A stretch of 64,000 nucleotides of DNA from Balanoglossus misakiensis (taxonomy: Eukaryota > Animalia > Hemichordata). The translations under genes and the position numbers were made by a program. The notes beneath the pieces are model-generated. The model searched no databases and was not told where the DNA came from. It saw only the letters and a list, made by a program, of their open reading frames with translations. The stretch lies in assembly GCA_040954595.2 (NCBI GenBank), contig CM082584.2, forward strand, positions 11,746,552-11,810,551, given 5' to 3'. This document shows, one piece after another, positions 25,578-37,600 of this stretch (the first letter of the stretch is position 1; each line of letters begins with the position of its first letter).

Positions 25578-28380
25578 TCCACAACTGACACCTGTAAATT
25601 ATGGCATATTTTCATGTGACTAGGGACGCTTCAAAATCTTGCACCATAACAAACCACATAAAAGACATTATTATTTACACAAGCAACAAACAAACACACA
25701 TGAAAGATTGTTTTTCAAAAAAATTAAAATAAAACAAAAAATGGCATTTTAACACGCCGATATATTCTGAATTTCGAAATTTTTTGGAAAGAGTTTGTAT
25801 GGAATGGCATGTACATATAATTCACAGCCAATGAATTCCAAACCCACAGAAAATTTGACGAAAAAAAATTAGAAAAAAGTTTTACAACCAAGTCAGGATC
25901 GACTCTAAACTACAACTAAGCTATAAAGAATAATCACTCTTGGGTGATAAATTTTGACAATCTTCAGAGAATTTTTTTTTTCGAAGCAAACAACATTGAG
26001 CTATCTAGAAAGTTTTATTTGGAAAACTATATAGATTGCATAAGACAATAGGATAATATATCTATTTACAATATAAAGGGTAGGTTTTAGTGGATTCTTT
26101 GTCATCAAGGCTGGTCGTTGTGTGCAACATTCAGAAGGTTCTCTGTGTGGAAGATTATCGACCTTTGAACACATTTTTGGGTTCTCGTTTTGCATATTTA
26201 CCACTCATTAAAATGTACTTTTAATTTGTTACTTTTTTCACTAGCGAATGCAGAGAAATTAAGGATTTGATAGAGAACACTGCCTGTTGCTGAAATGTTT
26301 GAGCCGACTGGTCGACATTTGCAGCTTAGATTATTTAGACAATATATTTAATTTAAAAAATAAAACTGCCCCAATAATTGGTCATGTTGACTGGTGGAAA
26401 GGAGTTGAACCAGTCGATCAGTAATTTCACTGTTGGCACTGAGAATTTGGAGATTGAGAAAAAATTTACATCCTCATTCAAAAGACCAAGATGTGCATAT
26501 TTGCATCCAGACTGAGTGTTGATGACATCGAAGTGTTTTGTCAGGTTGATGTGCTAGTTTAAGTGTTACATTCAATTTGTTAAATTAGCGTGATGAGTTG
26601 GTATAAAGATCTTACTTTTTATATCACCTGTCCAGACAGGTGAAACCCACCAACTTGTACTCTCCTTGCATGAGTACAACTCAAGTATATGTACAGCAGT
26701 TTTACAACATGCCAATATATGTGTAGGCATGCTAATTCACATCTCTGGCTGTTACTTTCTTGATAAGAGTACTTCTCAGTGTATATAAAGGCAGCTTATA
26801 CCAGCGAATGATCCAGTGATTGTGTTGGCCATATTGAGACTTTTTTCTGTAACTTCCCAAGAGACTCGTTTATTTTCCTCATGAAATGTGATCAGAAGAT
26901 CTTTAAACAGGCATGAAATGACTGCATGTGCGTGTGGATAGATTTACACTCATCAGTCAAGTCCTGAGGCTGCCATTTCCACCGTTCGAGGTTTCCGGCA
27001 CCAGACGTCCAAGAAAAGACTCAATATGGCCGACAAAGTTGCTGGTTTGCCGCTTGGATACTACAGATATCCCACAATCCACTTGGATGATGCATGGCTT
27101 TAAACACCTGTGCGCTTCAGCATGTTAATTAAATACCACCCTGGCTACCTACAAAGGCTGTTATAGACTTTATATTTTAATTAAGTCGTCGTGACAACCA
27201 TTTCCTGATTGCTTGTCTCTTCACACCAATAACTGCTTTGTTTAGTTGTGCAATCTGCGTCCCATGCAAAAAAAAAGACCACTTGCCCCAGTTATAACCC
27301 TGACATACATGTACGTCAAATTTTGGTGCATAAATAAATGTCTCCCCAGCAAAATCAACAAGTGTGAACATTGCCACTGTTGCTATGACGACCCAGACTG
27401 TGACTGCTGGGCAAAGGGAAAGCTTGGTGTACAGACTTGTCTTGCCTTAAATAAACCCTTTGAACCCTGACCTAGGTTGACCTGCGTGACACTGGCCCTG
27501 GAACAGGGTTCAAAGGATACGTCACAGCTCTGAAAAGTTCTTTGCAAATAGATGACAGCAGACGATAATATTAACGACTCCCAGTTGTGAAAGTTTGCGT
27601 AGCAGACGCATGCTGCCAGTTTCAACAGCTTCTGAGCCATGCTACTGTAATGTTAGCTACAGTCCGTTTCTTGTTTCAAAAAGTCCAAGTGAAAATAAAC
27701 AAATAGGCATATTACAATTATTATTAACTAAAACTTCAGACATGCACACACACACAATCTACACAATGTTTTGTCTTTCAAATATACCCCAAAAATAAAA
27801 ACATTTAATCAGACTGTTATTTCAGTTCATTAGATTACTAAATCTACTCACGATCTCTAGTGGTCTACGACGTACATTAGCTACAATCTGTTGCTCTCAA
27901 CACTTGTTACACAAACAATATTGTGTTGTACAAAATGCTATTGTCTTGTAGAGTTAGGGACTCTAGTCAGAAACCAACCAACACTTGGTTGTCTCAAAGT
28001 GATGCATTAATTGACATCATGAAACCCTTCACTCTGACAAATTGCCCTCTGTCCATCAAGATTAATCCATTGTCGCATATAAATCACCCTCCGCAATAAC
28101 TGCGTCAGAATTCCCACTGTCAATTTCAGCCAACTTGGACTGAATTCAAATTCAAAGGCAGTGTCCTCTCATGGGCCAGTTGGACAACGTTTGGGCGTAC
28201 AGCAGCCAATCAATGTGTCCGTGGCATTAAGGGTGCCTTGAAAAACAGCTCCAATGTTACATACATTCCCATTGGACAGTCCCGTGTCCAATCGTAATTC
28301 TCCAGTGTTTTCAACACAACACCGGCTTAGATACAATTCAAAATGTCGGCTTGGTCCGCCGTGTAGTAATTTGGCCGCGC

Positions 28381-28640
28381 TCACGCAAACACGTACTCTT
28401 GTTTGAGGTCCGTGAAACAGTTCTCGGGCAATGTCTTTTCCAGCGCGGTCTCCATGGTAACGCTGCCATTACCGCTGGTCTCAAGTCCGTCTGGTATGGC
28501 TACATTCCTGGTGTCGGCCCATGGTGCACGCATTTCGCGACGGGCTTTGCGGCGCATCTGTCGTGCCCGCATCATCGTCTGCAACTGTTCCATCTTACTG
28601 CGAGTGTGGCAGTTTTCTTGGTGTAATCTCATTTTCTCAT
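28381..28640 (-). CDS. MIDN: Midnolin terminal coding exon (C-terminal proteasome-binding helix and NLS)
   Basis: CCATCAG acceptor, phase 1. ENCHTRSKMEQLQTMMRARQMRRKARREMRAPW matches the midnolin ENxxTRxKxExLQ..RRKARR motif. Ends TDLKQEYVFA*. Confidence 0.93.
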
Positions 28641-29402
28641 CTGATGGAGAGAAAAAAACAAATGCAACATTGTTGTCAGATGTCATAAATACAAAAAAAG
28701 GCAAAAGTTTCCTGTTAAGCCCCTAACTGTCTTTGATGATCCTGCAGATTCCCAGTGAAATCGAGTGCCGATCTTTTTTGTCAACATGTCACGCCTACGA
28801 GGCAAGCTCTAATCGCCAATTAAGCATGATTCAGTAGGCAGAATGTCAAGTGGCAGACGGCCCAACGCTGATGCAGAAGAAATGGTGCAAAGATTCTAAT
28901 AATGAGGCTTTCATGAATGTTTCAGCTAGGATCATTACAATGCCTAATTGTAGAAGACATTTGCAGACTCAACTCAACTCCTGAGTGGAATTAGAAATTC
29001 AGGATTATTGGTGGTGCAAGACCAAATATCAGCAGTAGTATATCAAAATACTTCATGCTGATAAAGAACGATTTTCCGGGGAAAAAAGAATAAACCCTTG
29101 TTTGATGGTAATTAACTGGCAGCAGTAAGCAAATCTGGCCGGGTTAGCGTAACTCAGGCAGCCAGCTGACAAGGGATCTACAAAAGCCTGGTCCATGTGT
29201 GACCCCATTGGGGACACAGTACACCGACGTAACCATAGGAATTAGATCGGAATGCAAACCACCTAGGTAGACGGGGTTTGCAGTAATCGACACCACTGTC
29301 GTCAGAGTCTGGTTAACTCAGTAATGAGGTGGAAAGCCGCTGAAAGAATATTAACACACGGAAGTAGTGGAAACAACATCAGACTCTTTTGTTTACACTT
29401 AC

Positions 29403-29717
29403 CCATTGATTTTGGTCTCCTGTTGTGATGGTGGTGGTGCTGGTGGTGGTGGTGGTGATGATGATGGTGATGGTGTTGATGCTGCTGCTGGTGGTTGTGG
29501 TGATGGTGATGAGTTGCTTGGACCTTGTGAGTAGCAGCAGCTGCCGGTGGCGGTATGCGCTGAGGCCCGTTGGTGGTGGCCGCCGCTACTGCCGCCTGGG
29601 CATGGTGGTGTTTGTACATAGGCGCAGCTGCCAACAGGTCGTTGAGTATATGCATGATGGTATTCAAATCTCGTTTAGGCCGGCCATTTCTGTCTTGGAC
29701 AGCTGGGCTCAGAGAAC
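29403..29717 (-). CDS. MIDN: Midnolin coding exon 6 (end of Catch2 plus His-rich linker)
   Basis: CCCCAG acceptor. GSLSPAVQDRNGRPKRDLNTIMHILNDLL matches the midnolin QDxxGRPxRDxxTIxxILNDLL motif. Donor G|GTAAGT, phase 1-1. Confidence 0.93.
29425..29511 (-). repeat. Coding CAY/CAG trinucleotide tract encoding 23 His in 29 residues
   Basis: H5-N-H-Q3-H-Q-H11-Q-H5 read from codons within midnolin exon 6. Confidence 0.9.
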
Positions 29718-30201
29718 CTGGGGTTGGGGAAGCAAAAGAGAAAAAAAAACAAAATAAAGACGGTGCAATTGACACTAACAAAGGGACACTGCTGGATTGT
29801 AATTGCCGGCTTTCACAAATTTCATGACTTTTATGACCTTGGCTTACAAAGAAATGAACAGGTGATATTTGTACTGGAGAAAAAAGTGTTTCAGGGAAGC
29901 AGAAGGCGGCATTTGTTCGTGCTGTGCACAAACACTCACTGCCCCTGACACACTTTTAAGAAGTTGTATCTGCGAGCAGAATACTTAGATGTTTTGTAAG
30001 TCACCGCACACTAACACGTATTGTCTTCATTTTCACAATAGTAACATTGCCAAATAGGATAATAGTCTGGCTCAATTTAGAATTCAGCCCGCGGCGGTCA
30101 TTTAAAAACTTCCCGTCTTGAGACGAAAGCCCCCTCCCCCCACTCTTTTTTTCCATACTCAAAATATCCATGCATTAAGAAGTTATGGAGTGGATCCTCA
30201 C

Positions 30202-30484
30202 CTGAGAAAGTTCCCGAGAAGATACCTGGTGCATGTTGTTTGACGCTCTCGATGACTGCCCCTGGGGCGCGGCTTGGACGGGTCTGAGATTTACAGGAAT
30301 GTGGTGATGACGATGGCGCAATGCCTGACGTGCTCTGCACTGGTGCCACCTGCACTGGTGATGGTGGTGGTGATTGTGGTTGTGACGGTGATGGTGGGAG
30401 TACGGGAGATGCTGGTGGCGAGGTTGTGGATGAAGTCCGTGGGGATGAGGTAGATTGGTGTCCATGGCGATGGCAACTTTGTGC
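30202..30484 (-). CDS. MIDN: Midnolin coding exon 5 (Pro/Ser linker plus start of Catch2)
   Basis: CTGCAG acceptor. Ends PGAVIESVKQHAPGIFSGTFSG, the hallmark Catch2 motif. Donor G|GTGAGG, phase 0-1. Confidence 0.93.
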
Positions 30485-33133
30485 CTGCAGAGAAAGATAA
30501 ACAAGAGGCACACGGTTAATGCATGTTAATATAAAAACACAGAGGACAAAATACTCTCTTTTGCCAGGCATAACAGAATAATCCTTCAACAAACAAACTT
30601 GTTTGTCAGTAAAAAGAGCTACGCCAAATAGCTAGAAATGCCAAATAGCTAGAAATGATGTTGCAAAATAACTTGTTTGTTTACGACAAGCAATGGTCGC
30701 CGTGTAGGCTGAACTTCAAAGGCTAATACGGCTGTGGAAATGAATCTTTTCCCATTTTATCGTACTAATGGCAACCCCGCCTCCCCTGCAAGATCACAAA
30801 ATGTCATTTCATTGTTTGGGAAATGCCAAACTGCCAAAATGAATCGTTTATTGAAAAGCGCCCAAAAATACTGATTTTTCTCTTTGCAAAACAGATTAGT
30901 CAGTGACGAAACAATGGGACTGAATAAGCAAGCGCCGTCCACAGCTATCCAACCCTCACTCAGTCTGGTGATATTAAACTAACGTTGTAATACAGCTTAA
31001 TGGAAATCAATTTATTGACAATCAGTGGTTTAGCTCTGTCAGACTTCTGAATGAAATGGACTGTTGACATTTTCATGATTTTACCGCTGAATGATTAGAA
31101 GTAGCATCAGATTTGGGTAAATTGTTTAAGAATTTGCATTAATAAAAAAAAACCCAGCGCTCGACGTGAAGTAGCTAAATCATGTCTGCCTTACAGCTGA
31201 CAGTTGCTGTGGTTGTACGAAAGGCTTGACATTTACTTGCGATAGTTCAACCATATTAAACCCTACACTAAATTTATTTACTATTTCAGACACCGCACGA
31301 TCCCTCTGACCCCGCTGACCTTTCCAATTGTGGACTCGACAACTGATTAGTTTCTTTAGGCGAATCCCTCGGGCATATCTAACCCGTAAAAGATTCTGAC
31401 ATTTAATTTGTACGTTTCGTGTTGCATTTGCTGGGCTGCATTAATGAATTTTGTAAGTGTCTTCCTCAACAGAGGAGACTAGGGGGGCCCTTTTCGCGTT
31501 TGGACCTTTAAATTCCATCACAGAGATGAGTGGCATACCGAACCAGTCACTAGAGATGCGCATCACAGATGCATTTTGTTCATGCATGCTTGCATGTATG
31601 CGTGTGTGCGTGGATATATGTATTGGACTCCCAACATTTTTATTAAAACTTTTTTCCCTTGAAAAGGACCCAAATTTAAAACCTATAATTAGCCTCTCTG
31701 GTTCATTTAAATGCCAAGAGATTTTCTTTCTTATTAGTACAGGCTGTGCATTTGCAGGCATTTTACAGCTAGCCAGTGCCATATGGTGCACGGACAACCA
31801 AAAAGCACTGTGACGGATGTAAACACGATGTGCAGCAGTGACCTCCATGGATGTAAACAAGCAATTACTTGAACCAAAAACAAATTGTCAACTTTGGTTT
31901 TGTTAGGGCCCATTCAATATCCAGAAGAAGACAAAATGTTTGTTGAAACTCAAAAATAGCTGTAACTCTGGGACCCTCTCAGAATCCTTGGCATCAACTG
32001 AGAAACTATTTTACCCCAACATTCCAATGTGTCAAAAGATACTTCATTTAGGATGGATTAATTTATTTCAACCGTTCACCCTCTGTCTTTTGGAGGCCGG
32101 AGGAACAGAGTGTCTGGCACATGTGGTATTCTGGCAGGCTTGACCTTTTCCACTGAAGAGTCTGGAATTTCGACAGGAACTTCCCATTCTTGCTGAGTAG
32201 GTCGGAACGTGCGCATGTATCGCACAGACTGTAACCATATACAATTGACATTTTCAGGGCACCCCTTTTCCCCGAGAGAGTCGTGCTAACTTTCAAATGC
32301 CAGGTGGCAGCTACTGTTTCACCATTTAAACCGACCCCAGCAGGCTTTGCCGCAGGTAATTTCTCTGTTAATGACCGATTGCTTCATTCCGGCTTGTATA
32401 CTTAGCAACTTTTCTGGCGGCTAAAAATACATGGAGGAATACATGCAGTTATGGGCAGCGCATTCATCTGCTCTATAAGGACGATGTGTGACCCTCACAT
32501 CCTTGGTTATATTTTTGGTGTGAACTATTTTTGTCTCTGGGGATCGAGAGCAATCCTCATGGATGACTCTCCACACACACAAAAAAAAAAAACAGGTCGA
32601 ATCATGCTCGTAAGAGCTAAAAATGTCTCAACTGCACTTTATGCCCCCTTATCCACCCCACCCAGGTACCATGGAGTTCGTAGCTGATGCCCTATTTAGA
32701 CGACCCAAAGAAATTTATTAACCCTGCGTGTATTATATGCAAACAAGTTTTGGTGTACGTCCCGAAGGGAGGTCCAATCTATACAAAACGTGCACCGCTA
32801 GGCAGTCACCCAGGACAGACATTTGTGACCTTTGTATATGGGGCTCCCAGGGGCCTAGAACTGCCGACTGATTTTGGTGCTCGGGTAGATAGCAGCCAAA
32901 TCTTCCATGCATGGGGTAATTGCTATTTATATCATAAAAGATCAGTAATCATTGAAAGTGGGTCCAGAGAAATGTGAAGGCCAGTAGTGTACGTGGAGAG
33001 AAATTGCTTGAAAAAAGATGACATGATGTAGATCAAAACTGATGTTGCTATCAAGCACTTTAGATCCTGTTAAACTGCATCATTCTGAACTGGGGCTGGA
33101 CTATTGGGGAGGGGGGTCTCTCAGTGGACTCAC

Positions 33134-33346
33134 CTGGAGTGGCTGAGGTGATTTGGAAGTTGAGGGTTGTTGTTGTTGTTGTTGCTTTTGGCAGGGGGCG
33201 ATGTGCTGTGCGTTGAGGGACTTGCAACAAGTCTTGTTCTGCCCTTTGCCGACCGCAGAGGCCAGCTGAAGCTGCACAAAGACCATGTGATCGCCAAGTC
33301 TCAATGCCAGGGTCAGAGGTGAACGACCAGAGAGGAACTCATTGAT
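33134..33346 (-). CDS. MIDN: Midnolin coding exon 4 (Catch1)
   Basis: TTGCAG acceptor. [29 protein letters not shown] is nearly identical to midnolin Catch1. Donor CAG|GTGAGT, phase 0-0. Confidence 0.95.
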
Positions 33347-34118
33347 CTGCAAAGAGACAAAAATAGATACAAAAGCGTTATTGAGATTTCAGTCTCTTAA
33401 ATATCAAAGTGTACACTAACACAGTCACAGTTCCAGCGCTAGCATGGTTGTCATGGTTACACTTTACGTTGAGCAAAAAATTAAACACAAGGGCAAATAA
33501 TAGGATTGTATAATATTGGCATTGAAGCAAGGAAAGAAACTGGTCCGATGATTAATATTAAGGTGAAATTTTGGAGAGGGAAAAAATTCCCAAGATCTGT
33601 GCAACGGGGTTCATGTTTTTAGTCAAATCAAAATGATGTAAAATCAGTGTCGTAACATATACTAGTACTTTACAATTAATAAAAGTTACCAGTTCAGTGA
33701 ACTGATCAATTATCAGATAATGTTTTGTGGAAAAATGAATGAAATGAGGCGTAAAATGTCAGGAGAGACTATTCTTGGGCAGTGATTCAACATCATGACA
33801 ACCAGAATTAGCATCGAACCTTAAACCTCGTCGCAGTTAAAAGGCAGATACATACACCGCAAATTGAAAGCAGCGCATCACCAGATCACAATTGTGAGAT
33901 GTCTATTTAGAGGGATGGCCTTTTAGAACATTTAAGCTGCCGCACTCAGCCCGAATTAATTAAAATGAACTCTAAAAGGCAGAGCTTTAACCCTTTGAAC
34001 TTTCCATGTTTAATGAGGAGTAGACATCCCTTTTTTGTTATTTTAGTTGTGAGTAATTCGAACAGTTTGCTGTATATACCGGAGTTCATGGCAAACAATT
34101 ACGGAGCCTCCATGGCGA

Positions 34119-34642
34119 CCATATTTGGTATGGTATTTGGGAACGAATCTCAACCTGTTGAAATTAAACCCAAGGTCTCTTGTTTGTTAAGTCGACTTAA
34201 ACTGACAGAAAAAAAGAATGTGAAAGCGACCAAGGTATAATTCAGGCTTGAGATGGTTCGGATCTTTGATTGGGGGAATAATTCTATAAGCTTTAATAGA
34301 CTGAACTTTGATCTATGCTAAAGATGGACGCCACTCGGACGTTTCGTGCATTCCGCAAGGACAAAAGGGTGGTCATCTTCTAAAAATAGACCAGCTAGAT
34401 TAGAAAACAAAGGACCCAAAACAAGCACAAGTCCCTGTATGGTTAAGTTCAGCGCCCACGCAAAAACCACCAGTGGACCAGAAAGCAGTTCTGGTCTGAC
34501 AAGAGTGTTTACGTCTGGGACGTTCGCGTGACGTCAATCGGTTTTGTGAGTCAACAATTGTTGCAATGACCACTAAACGCAAACACTGTAAAAAGCCCGG
34601 ACAGAATAGAGAGGTGACAAAGCCTGTGGTCAAGCTGAGTCA
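34119..34642. promoter_or_regulatory. Candidate stimulus-responsive intronic enhancer (SRF, MEF2, EGR, CRE, 2x AP-1)
   Basis: CCATATTTGG at 34119, CTAAAAATAG at 34380, CGCCCACGC at 34453, TGACGTCA at 34529, TGAGTCA at 34547 and 34636. Confidence 0.6.
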
Positions 34643-37600
34643 TCGGCTTTCGCAAGAGCGTAAGACTGCGGCCACCTCCCGCTTTTGTAATATGTACCTA
34701 TGCATGTGTCACGGACCCAGAATGGTCAACCTAAGTTTCCCCTACATAAATAATAAAAATGCCAACACAGCATAGTTGACTTTATTCTGACAGTTCTATG
34801 TTTTGTTAACCCAAATGCCTCTACAACCTTGAAATTCCTGGGCAGATTTTCCCTAACAAGTGAAATTTCTGTTGTGATGGAATCATATCCCCCTCCCCCA
34901 CACACTGACATCTGCTTAGAGTGTACATGTATTAGTAAGACTTCTGGAAAATGATTGCGCTCAAATATGACCCTTCACCTTTTATAGTTTTTTAGGCAGG
35001 TAGATTTTGTTCAAACAGTCATTATTTATGATCATAAATGTGTCACACCTTGCTGTGTGAATAAACAGTGTTCCTCCATAACTATTGACAAGGTCCTACA
35101 CTGTTATCACACCCACCCCCACACCCCACCCTTTATGATTCTAACAAAATATACCAATTGAAAAGCAGTGGGGATTAACACAAAACCTATGGTTTATTTT
35201 TCACTCTTGCATTGTGCCTTTAAATGTGTGATTTTAATTTTGAAATATCATGTGATCTGATATTTATATTAAAAAAATATAATTTTCCTTCCTTTGGAAT
35301 AGCATAGGGAAACCATAGCTGATTTCAGTTTTTTTTGTCCCTCTATTCACAGAACCCTCAAGTTCAAGTCAATTTGAAAATCAAATATTTACCAGGTAAG
35401 CAATTTCCCCCTATTTGCATGACACCCCCTCCCCCCCCCCAAAAAAAAATAAAGAATAAAACCATCCTCTCTCCTCCACATGTCTACAAATCTCAATACA
35501 AAGACACCCTCATTTAAGAAAATTTATGCGCGATAATTTACGTTAGCCTAGCAGTTATAGTTGCATAAATCAAATAAATCCGCTGTAAGGTCACGGATAA
35601 ATCATACTTTGAAAATGTCATATTGACACATAACTGATATTAAACTAATAGCTTGCTTCGGTCAAATGAAAGTGTTTTATTTTAATGAAGGTCGCTGTGA
35701 AAGGCGGGTGTCAAAGGTCATCGCACGTGCCCTATTTCACTTGCAGATTTAAAATTATTAATATGGCTGCAGGTTGATATTCTTGGGTTATTGTTTACCG
35801 TACACTGAGAAGGTGATCTCTAACGGTGTACATCTTCAACAAGCTGCTTTTAGTGATTTCTCTCTGACACCCGACAAAATAAAATCCGGTAGAATATGCG
35901 GGACAATTATTTTATTTTAACTACAGTATTCCATGTCCGGTGCCATCCACTGATGTTTTTTTAGCAGAAATAAATAAAAGCGACCTACATGCAAAGGTGA
36001 AATCAAAGCTAGGTAGATTATTCACCTCACTGCTATCAAAGAAAAACTTGTTTACACCAAAAACGCTTGGGGCGCTTCGAGAGAGAGAGAGCGTTGAGAC
36101 TTGTAAATGGAACGGTAGTATTCCATACTCCCTACTTTTCCTGTGCATTTTATCTCGATCATCACTGGGAATGATATTAATTATTATGCCCTTCGTTTCT
36201 ATCTGCCTTAGCCACTATGCCGGTCCCTAATGTTAAATATTAATAATAATTGTAAAGCCACTACCAAACAATAAACTAGTGTCACACATTACATTATATT
36301 TAAATTACAAATATTGAAAGATTCAGTTCCGGATTTTTCTCCATTCTGTTTCCATATCCAGGACAAAAAAAGTCCCTTTTTAATAGTCAAGGAGTCAATT
36401 TTGATAAAATGGAAATTTGAGACTAGTGATAATGGATTATTTACGGCAAATTGCGACCTATCAACGACCAGATAGTTTATGTGAATGAGACCTAACCTGT
36501 CTTGCAATCTTGCATTCATTAACCCGTTGGGTCAACTAAGTTAATTTTCAATGCACAGTATAAAGCGTCTACTAAGATTGCCATGGGAACGCAAGATGTG
36601 AAGTATTCCGTCCGCATTGAAAATTAGATGTTTTGGTGTTTTTCTTTCTGGGGAAATGACGTTGTTGTAATCAGCAATAATTCCGCGAAATGTGTTCAAT
36701 ACTAACGAGAGGCCATCCTTACGTCCGTGTAAATATTATCACAACCCATATCTTCAGTGCATACATTATAATGAAACCGCGGCTTGCGTCGGAAGCAAAT
36801 AATTTTAATGGGTTGTTTTGTCACAGATTATGCGATGAATGATGGAAAGCAATTTGCTGTAGTTTTTCAAAGACCGGCAGTCAATTCGGTACATTGAGAA
36901 GAAAAAGCAGCGCGTATAATTTATATGGGTACGTGAGCTTGGGTTTTGACGAATAACGGGTTTTTCTCAAGCTTGGTATTCCGAAAATGCGGAAAATTAC
37001 ACGCCGCGAGGAACGGCTGTCAAGCTTTGCATCATTTCACTCCAAGATTTGTAGTGAAATACATCGCATCCAAATGGGATCGCCCAGTCAACAACTGAAC
37101 TGAATACGTTATGCCCCGCTAAGGCGAATTCTTCAAACACGGAAGTCACGACACACGGAATAAGAGATACCAGGTTGCGGAACAGTTGTCATCTTTAAGA
37201 AATAAACAACGGATCAATTGGTTGTTGTTTTTCTTGAACAAGGAAAAGAGGAATTGGATTTCATTCCATGCAAATTAACCCATCGTGACAGTAATCCACC
37301 AAAGTGATTTTGGTATACTATTTGGAACAGGTCACAGAAAATAGACTTTACGCGTTGAGATTTTTAAAATAGAAAATGTCCTAGGGTTACGTTTCGAGTA
37401 ACTTATTTATTCGTGCAATTTTCACGGAAGAAACGACTTAACTCCCGTTCAGAAAAGACAAAATGTCATATTTGTTCAAACGCAGAAGACGGAAATTCAC
37501 AATTTTACAAAGTGCAATGTGGCCCCTTGTCGAACGTTGTACTCTTGCTGTGGTAATGTGTTAGCCTATTAGTCACTTTATAGCGTACTTTCGGGGAAAA

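Noticed and set aside
30623-30657. 17-bp direct tandem duplication GCCAAATAGCTAGAAAT x2
   Set aside because: Ordinary local slippage in an intron, only two copies.
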